A DNA stretch of 64,000 nt, taken from contig JBKJLC010000101.1 in NCBI GenBank assembly GCA_046597055.1, positions 1 through 64,000 of the forward strand. Reading direction: 5' to 3'. This document shows, piece by piece, positions 58,199 to 64,000 of this stretch. The stretch comes from Kofleriaceae bacterium (GTDB lineage: Bacteria > Myxococcota_A > Polyangia > Haliangiales > Haliangiaceae). The notes under the pieces were generated by a model that saw nothing but the letters and a program-made list of their open reading frames with translations, was not told the origin of the DNA and ran no database searches. A program made the translations under genes and the position numbers. Each line of letters starts with the position of its first letter. The stretch's first letter is position 1.

Positions 58199-59428
58199 TC
58201 AGAACATCTGGCCGGCCGTGAAGTACCCGCCGACCGGGCTCGCGTCGGGCGAGTAGGCGAGATCGGCGCGGACGACGAACGTCGATCCTTGCTGCAGCCG
58301 CAAGCCGGCGCCGACGCCGTACTTGAGTCCCAGGCCGGTGCCGTCGAGGTCGGGATGGCGCTCGAGCAGCTCGGTCCAGGTCCGGCCCGCGTCGAGGAAC
58401 GTCGCGATGCCGAGCTTCATCGGCTTGCCGCGGAGGCGGAACCCGAACAGGTCGGAGCGCGCCTCGACGTTGCCGAACAGCTTGGCCCCGCCGTAGTAGC
58501 GCCCCTGCGGCACGCCGCGGACCGCGTTGACGCCGCCGACGGCCGAGGTCTCCTCGTAGCGCGCGAGCTCGTAGAACGGCGCGTCGCCAAACAGCGTGTC
58601 CCCGACCAGCCGCGCGGCCAGCGTGATCCGGTCGTTGAGCGGGACGTAGTAGCGCGCGGTCAGGGTGACCCGGCCGTACGCATACGGCATGAACGCGCCG
58701 ACCTTCGGTGACAGTCGGAGCTGCGCCGCGTGGAAGTGGCCGCGACGGGTATTGATCTCGTGATCGCGGCTGTCGTACTGGATGCCCAGCTCGAGGAGCT
58801 CGACCGCGTGCGAGTCGAACCCACCGACGAAGGGCCGCCCGCTGGCCGGCCCGCTGGCGGCATACTGGCCGAGCACGCTGGTCGGCCGCACGGTCAGCCA
58901 GTTGTAGGTGAAGACGCTGCCCGCGTTGAGGTAGAGCCCGCGGAAGATCGGGACGCGGCCCCTGACCAGCAGCGTGGGATGGGTCCGCCCGAACTCCGAG
59001 TCCTCGGCTGGCATGCTTTCCGCAGGCTCGGGGGACGCGTTGCCGATCCCGTAGAACGTGAAGGCGCTCTCGTCGGTGAACGCGGCCCGCAGATCGAGCC
59101 GCAACTTGTGCTTGCCGAGGTTCGGGAGCTTCAGGAACAGGGCGTAGTCCTGGTACGGAACGATCACGCCGCCGTCCCGCGACTTGAAGCTGATGAACGC
59201 GCTGGTCTCGAGCGACCATCGAAACGGCTGGACGTCGGGCGCGATGCCGGAGAGGTTGCTGAGCTGGCCGAACCCGAAACCGATGTCGCTGTTGCCGCCG
59301 ATCAGGGGGACGATGTTGAACTCGGTGGTCGGCTCGCGAGGCCCGGACGGGTCGTCCTGAGCGGCCGCGCGGCCGCCCATCAGCCAGAGGACGACGCAGG
59401 CGGAGACGACGTGGAATAGGCTTTTCAT
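58199..59428 (-). CDS. Omp85/BamA-TamA family barrel without POTRA domains
   Basis: Signal peptide; YDSRD, VRGVPQGRY.G (VRGY-like), FLDAGR, GVGAGLR, RAD.A, GQMF C-terminus. Confidence 0.85.
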   Translation of the reverse strand: MKSLFHVVSACVVLWLMGGRAAAQDDPSGPREPTTEFNIVPLIGGNSDIGFGFGQLSNLSGIAPDVQPFRWSLETSAFISFKSRDGGVIVPYQDYALFLKLPNLGKHKLRLDLRAAFTDESAFTFYGIGNASPEPAESMPAEDSEFGRTHPTLLVRGRVPIFRGLYLNAGSVFTYNWLTVRPTSVLGQYAASGPASGRPFVGGFDSHAVELLELGIQYDSRDHEINTRRGHFHAAQLRLSPKVGAFMPYAYGRVTLTARYYVPLNDRITLAARLVGDTLFGDAPFYELARYEETSAVGGVNAVRGVPQGRYYGGAKLFGNVEARSDLFGFRLRGKPMKLGIATFLDAGRTWTELLERHPDLDGTGLGLKYGVGAGLRLQQGSTFVVRADLAYSPDASPVGGYFTAGQMF

Positions 59429-59681
59429 GGGAGCGTGGCAGTCCTGATCGATGCCTGGACCGTCGGAGTGCGGACCCTAGCATGCGGTCGCAGCAGGGCC
59501 CGCGCGATCCTCGAGCCCGGGCGTGACCGGCCGGCGGCGGTCGAGGCGGTCCGTCCTCGGACGGCTGCGAGCGGGCGTACCCGACGCCTCGCGTGACCCA
59601 TGGCACGAGCCGACGCCCCGGTGCGCGTGGGGCTCGCGCCCGCACACGAGCGCCCGACGTCTGTATGGTAGTGGCGCGCCT

Positions 59682-60344
59682 GTGAGCCGTCGCGACAACG
59701 CCGTGCGCTGTGTCCGGTGCCGGATGCTCGACGGCCTGTGCTTGTGCGCGCTGTTGCCGCGCCTCGCGACGCGCACGCGCCTCGTCCTGGTCATCCATCG
59801 CTTCGAGGATCGCAAACCGACCAACACCGGCCGCCTCGCGTCCGCGTGCCTCGTGAACAGCGAGGTCATCGTGCGCGGCCGGCTGCAGCCGTCGGCCGCG
59901 GCCTTCGCGGGTCCGCCCGGATCGCATCCGCACCTGCTCTTCCCCGACGATCACGCGGTGCGGCTCGATCAACTGCCGCCCTCGTCGCAGCCGGTGACGC
60001 TGGTCGTGCCCGACGGGAACTGGCGCCAGGCCCAGCGGATCCGGACCGGGGTCCCCGGCTTGCGCGCCGTGCCCTGCGTGCGCCTGCCGCCGGGGCCCCC
60101 TTCGAGCTACCGGCTGCGCACCGAGCCGCACCCGGGCGGGCTCGCGACCATGGAGGCGATCGCACGCGCGCTCGGGATCCTCGAGGGGCCGAGCGTGCAG
60201 GCGCAGCTCGAGCATGTCTTCCGGGTGATGGTCGAGCGCACCCTGTGGACGCGCGGCCTGCTCGACGCGTCCGCGGTTACCGGCGGTGTCCCCGCCGGCG
60301 TCAGCCGCGAGCCGCGACCGGTCCGGACGTCGGGGCAGTCGTGA
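59682..60344 (+). CDS. DTW-domain tRNA-uridine aminocarboxypropyltransferase (TapT/YfiP family)
   Basis: C..C.....CLC, H..E..K.TNTGRL, LLFP, DGNW..A, Y.LR, L.T.EA. Confidence 0.88.
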   Translation: MSRRDNAVRCVRCRMLDGLCLCALLPRLATRTRLVLVIHRFEDRKPTNTGRLASACLVNSEVIVRGRLQPSAAAFAGPPGSHPHLLFPDDHAVRLDQLPPSSQPVTLVVPDGNWRQAQRIRTGVPGLRAVPCVRLPPGPPSSYRLRTEPHPGGLATMEAIARALGILEGPSVQAQLEHVFRVMVERTLWTRGLLDASAVTGGVPAGVSREPRPVRTSGQS

Positions 60345-60508
60345 GCCGCACCGGCCTGTGGTGGGACGAGCCCGCCACCCAGGCCTGCCGTGGCGCCCCC
60401 GCCGTGCGCGCCGTTGCTGGTCGGATACCGCGACTGGCCGGCGCTCGCCCCGTGGGGTGCGACCGCGGACCGCGCCCCGACCGGCCGCCAGCTGAGCGAC
60501 CCTGGGTG

Positions 60509-61285
60509 GTGACCGAAACCGCGCTGCTGATCCCCGAGTGGTCCCACGGGATCCGTCCCTACGCGCCGCTCTCGACGATCCATCCGCTCGCCGACGGGAT
60601 CTGGTGGGTGGACGGGCCGATCGTGCGGATGAGCGTCGGCCCGATCTCGTTGCCGTTCCCGACCCGGATGGTGATCGTCCGGCTGGGTTCGGGCGGCCTG
60701 TGGATCTGGTCGCCGACCGCGCCCACGCCCGAGCTGTTCGCGGCGATCGATGCGCTCGGCCCCGTCGAGCACCTGGTGTCGCCGAACAAGGTGCACTACG
60801 CGGGGATCCCGGCGTGGCAGGCGCGCTACCCGGCGGCGATCGCGTGGGCGTCGCCGCGGGTTCGCGAGCGCGCCCGATCACAGCGGATCGACATCGCGTT
60901 CGATGCCGAGCTCGGCGACGACGTGCCGGCGGCCTGGGCCGGCGACCTCGCGCAGCTGGTCTTCCGCGGCAGTCGGTTCATGGAGGAGGTCGTGTTCTTC
61001 CATCCTGCCTCCGCGACCTTGATCCTGGCCGACCTGATCATGGCGCTGGAAGCCGACCGGGTGCGGCCACCGCTCCGATGGCTGCTCGCGCTGGTCGGCG
61101 TGATGTGGCCGGGACAGACGCCACGCGAGCTGCGGCCGACGTTCTGGGGCCGCCGGCCTCAGGCGCGCGCCTGCTACCGACGGATGCTGGCCTGGCAGCC
61201 CCGCCGGCTGATCTTCGCCCATGGCCGCTGCCACCTGGACGACGCGACCGCCCACCTCGAGCGCGCGTTCGCGTGGCTGCGCTGA
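60509..61285 (+). CDS. DUF4336 family protein
   Basis: RMVIVRL..G.LWIWSP, LGPV.HLVSPN..H, EEVVFFH..S.TLILAD, W.P.R.I.AHG. Confidence 0.85.
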   Translation: MTETALLIPEWSHGIRPYAPLSTIHPLADGIWWVDGPIVRMSVGPISLPFPTRMVIVRLGSGGLWIWSPTAPTPELFAAIDALGPVEHLVSPNKVHYAGIPAWQARYPAAIAWASPRVRERARSQRIDIAFDAELGDDVPAAWAGDLAQLVFRGSRFMEEVVFFHPASATLILADLIMALEADRVRPPLRWLLALVGVMWPGQTPRELRPTFWGRRPQARACYRRMLAWQPRRLIFAHGRCHLDDATAHLERAFAWLR

Positions 61286-61298
61286 GCGCGAGGCGCGG

Positions 61299-61913
61299 TC
61301 ATCGCCGCCAGACGGTCGCCAGCCAGGGTTGCGCCGCGCGCGGCTTGCCGGGGGGACGGTAGTAGTGCGCCAGCTCGGTGTAGCCCGCGGCGCTCACCAG
61401 CGCGCGCCAGGTCTCGAGGCGGTAGTAGGCGCCGTAGCGGTCGCCGTGCCAGCCTTCCTCGTCGTCGCCTCGCGGGTTGGAGGCGAACAGCACGCCGCGC
61501 GGCGCCAGCGCGCTCCGTAGCTCACCGAGCACGCGCGGCAGCGCCCGTCGCGGCACGTGGAACAGCGACGCGTTGGCGAAGACGCCGTCGAACCGGGCCG
61601 GCGGCAGCTCGAGCGCGAGCAGATCCTGGTGCAGGACCTCGCAGCCGGTGTCGGCGCGCGCCATCGCGACGAAGCTCGTGCAGCCGTCGAGCCCGACCAC
61701 CTCGTGGCCGAGCGCACGGAACGCCGCGAGGTCACGCCCGGGTCCGCAGCCGAGATCGAGCAGCCGGAACGGGGCCGCGCCCTCGATCGCGGCGAGCAGC
61801 GCGTCACGGTTCTGCGAGACGTCGTGATCGGCAGTTCCGGCCCGGAACGCCTCCGCGGAACGCTCGTAGTGAGCCAGCGTCTGCGCCGAGATCAGGGCCA
61901 GGTCGGGGTCCAT
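61299..61913 (-). CDS. class I SAM-dependent methyltransferase
   Basis: LLDLGCGPGRD, FDGVFANASLFH, YYRP.G.P...QPWL. Confidence 0.9.
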   Translation of the reverse strand: MDPDLALISAQTLAHYERSAEAFRAGTADHDVSQNRDALLAAIEGAAPFRLLDLGCGPGRDLAAFRALGHEVVGLDGCTSFVAMARADTGCEVLHQDLLALELPPARFDGVFANASLFHVPRRALPRVLGELRSALAPRGVLFASNPRGDDEEGWHGDRYGAYYRLETWRALVSAAGYTELAHYYRPPGKPRAAQPWLATVWRR

Positions 61914-61920
61914 CGCAGCG

Positions 61921-61962
61921 ACTATAGCGGCCGCCGCCAGGACCGCGCACCTGACGTAGAGT
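61921..61962. promoter_or_regulatory. divergent leaderless -10 boxes
   Basis: TATAGT (minus, 61926-61921) and TAGAGT (plus, 61957-61962), each 7 nt from its ATG. Confidence 0.6.
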
Positions 61963-61969
61963 GGCCGCG

Positions 61970-62779
61970 ATGACTCCCGAAGAGGCGGCGCGGTGCTGGG
62001 ACGGCAACGCGGCGGAGTGGGTGCGGCTGGTGCGGGCCGGATACGACGAGTCGCGCGATCTCGTGAACACCCCGGCGTTCCTCGCGATGCTGCCCGCGGT
62101 GGCGGGCCTGCGTGGGCTCGACGTCGGCTGCGGCGAGGGTCACAACACGCGCCTGGTGGCCCGGCGCGGCGCCCGCATGGTGGCGCTCGACGTGTCGGCC
62201 GTGATGGTCGCGGCCACCGCGGGTGCCGAGCGCGCCCGGCCGCTCGGGGTTGGCGCCGTGCGCGGCACCGGGCTGGCCCTGCCCTTCGCCGACCAGGTCT
62301 TCGACTTCGCGGTGGCGTTCATGAGCGTGATGGACATGCCGGATCACGCGACGGTGCTGCGCGAGGTCCATCGGGTGCTACGGCCCGGTGGCTTCTTCCA
62401 GTTCTCGCTCAGCCACCCGTGCTTCCAGACGCCCCTGATGGAGTGGGTGCATGACGAGGCCGGCCGGCGGCGTGGCGTGGTGTGCGGCGACTACTTTCGC
62501 GAGCTGAACGGCGAACTCGAGCAGTGGACGTTCGGCGCCGCCCGCCGCGCCGGCGAGACGCCGGTGCCGTTCCGCATCCCGCGCTTCACTCACACGCTCT
62601 CGACGTGGGTGAACCTGCTGGCGCAGGCCGGCTTCCACGTCGAGCAGATGTGCGAGCCCACCGTCGACGCCGCGGTCCTGGCGGCGCGCCCGGACCTGTA
62701 CGACCACACGATCATCCCGTTCTTCCTGCAGCTCCGGGTGCGGCGCGGGCCAGGCCCGCGGTCGGCGTCGCCGGCCTGA
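61970..62779 (+). CDS. class I SAM-dependent methyltransferase
   Basis: LDVGCGEG, LPFAD..FD, RVLRPGG...FS..HP.F. Confidence 0.9.
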   Translation: MTPEEAARCWDGNAAEWVRLVRAGYDESRDLVNTPAFLAMLPAVAGLRGLDVGCGEGHNTRLVARRGARMVALDVSAVMVAATAGAERARPLGVGAVRGTGLALPFADQVFDFAVAFMSVMDMPDHATVLREVHRVLRPGGFFQFSLSHPCFQTPLMEWVHDEAGRRRGVVCGDYFRELNGELEQWTFGAARRAGETPVPFRIPRFTHTLSTWVNLLAQAGFHVEQMCEPTVDAAVLAARPDLYDHTIIPFFLQLRVRRGPGPRSASPA

Positions 62780-62841
62780 CGGATCCACCCGACGCGCGGA
62801 TGGGATGGTTTCAGGTCAGCGGGGGCGCCAGGCGGCGGCGC

Positions 62842-64000
62842 TCACTTCCCGCCGGCCGTACGCAGCTGTCGCTGGTAGTCGTCGAGGCCGCTGGCCCACT
62901 CGCGCGGCAGCTCGCCGTCGCGCTGGCGGGCGCGCAGGTCCGCGAGCGCGCTGGTCATCGCCGCGAGCCCCTCGGCGCGGCGGGCGGGGATGGCGGCGAC
63001 CGCGCGGCCGTGGAGGAACTGGGTGTTGACGAGGACGCGCTGCAGGAGCGGGTTGTCGGGATCGGCGGCAAGCAGCGCGCGCTGGAGGTCGACCCGGACC
63101 TGGTAGGCGTCGGCCGCGCGCGCGGGTTCGCCGTGGGCGAGCAGGGCGTCCCCGAGGTACTCGTGGGCGACGCCGAGCTCGCGGCGCAGATGCTCGCTGT
63201 CGGGGGCGAGCCGGCTGGCCTCGTTGGCGACGGCGACCGCGCGGGTCTGGGTGGCGATGGCGGCGGTGACCTCCCCGGCGGCGAGCTGGAGCGCGCCGAC
63301 CCGGGTCAGGATCGACGAGAGATCGGACAGGCGCTCGACGTTGCCGGGCTGCAAGCGGGTCAGGCGCTCCGCGATCGCGAGCGCGGCCTCGATCTGGCGA
63401 CGGGCCCCGGGCCCGTCCCCGTTCCCCTCGGCGAGGTCGCCCGTCCGCAGGAGCGCGACCAGCAGCTGCCGGCCCCAGTCAGCGTTGTCGGGATCGCGCG
63501 CGACCAGCGGCGCGATCACGTCCACCGCCGCGCGGGCCGCGTGGGTGGCGGCCGCGGCGTCGGCGCGGCTGAGCGCGAGCATGTAGAGCTTGTCCCAGCT
63601 GACCGACAGGCCGGCCTGGACGTCGAGCGCGCCCGGGTCGGCGGCGATCATCGCGCGCCGCGCAGCCAGGCCGGCCTCGGCGGCGACCTGGGCACCGGCG
63701 TTGTCGCCGGCGGCCCGGCGGACGTCGACCAGACGATCCCAGATCTTGGTCGCCTCGAGCGGGCCCGCGCGATCGCCGGCGGACGCCGCCGTCGCCGCGT
63801 CGGCGTGCTCGAGCGCGCGCTCGAGCGTGGCGCGCGCGCCGGCGAGGTCGCCCCGGGCGGTGGCGATCGCTCCGAGGCGACGCAGGGCGGTGGCGAGCAG
63901 AAGGTCGCCGGTGGCGCCCCGCGCCGGCCGGGCGGTCAGCGCGTCGCGGGCGTCGGTCAGCACGCGCTCGGCGCCGTCGAGATCGCCTTGCTCGACGAAC
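62842..64000 (-). CDS. C-terminal TPR-like region of a large protein starting beyond the window (often kinase-associated)
   Basis: Repeated DP.N......L......LG helical units; frame open to the window edge. Confidence 0.8.
   Translation of the reverse strand, partial: FVEQGDLDGAERVLTDARDALTARPARGATGDLLLATALRRLGAIATARGDLAGARATLERALEHADAATAASAGDRAGPLEATKIWDRLVDVRRAAGDNAGAQVAAEAGLAARRAMIAADPGALDVQAGLSVSWDKLYMLALSRADAAAATHAARAAVDVIAPLVARDPDNADWGRQLLVALLRTGDLAEGNGDGPGARRQIEAALAIAERLTRLQPGNVERLSDLSSILTRVGALQLAAGEVTAAIATQTRAVAVANEASRLAPDSEHLRRELGVAHEYLGDALLAHGEPARAADAYQVRVDLQRALLAADPDNPLLQRVLVNTQFLHGRAVAAIPARRAEGLAAMTSALADLRARQRDGELPREWASGLDDYQRQLRTAGGK

Overview
Very GC-rich bacterial chromosomal window. 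Its gene content (several Hanks-type Ser/Thr kinases, Cys-rich and RCC1 lipoproteins, DUF4157 protein, Oar-like barrel) points to a myxobacterium, possibly Haliangiales/Kofleriaceae-like (inference). From left to right it contains: the probable 5' end of a group II intron running off the left edge; a four-gene microcompartment satellite operon (2x EutN/CcmL, class II aldolase with encapsulation peptide, unknown ORF); a cholesterol-dependent-cytolysin-like lipoprotein; a kinase-TPR-RCC1-ppa run; and tRNA-Leu(GAG) followed by a tyrosine-integrase remnant. A long accessory stretch littered with gene fragments follows. Within it are a cNMP-domain PilB/GspE ATPase with a TPR-cNMP partner, an isolated pyrC, a LysR/SDR/GST unit, and a XylR/V4R sigma54 activator facing a DUF3494 ice-binding lipoprotein with a complete sigma54 promoter architecture. 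The strongest candidate for an undescribed system is at 43.2-53.1 kb. It is a translationally coupled minus-strand operon (OB-fold surface lipoprotein, M20 peptidase, TonB-type barrel, lipoprotein cyanophycinase, OPT transporter) preceded by astA and an RpiR regulator with candidate operators, and looks like a PUL-like locus for scavenging cyanophycin. Many genes show a -10 box 6-8 nt before the start codon, suggesting leaderless transcription. No CRISPR array or rRNA was seen. All family calls come from motif recognition by eye, not from database searches.
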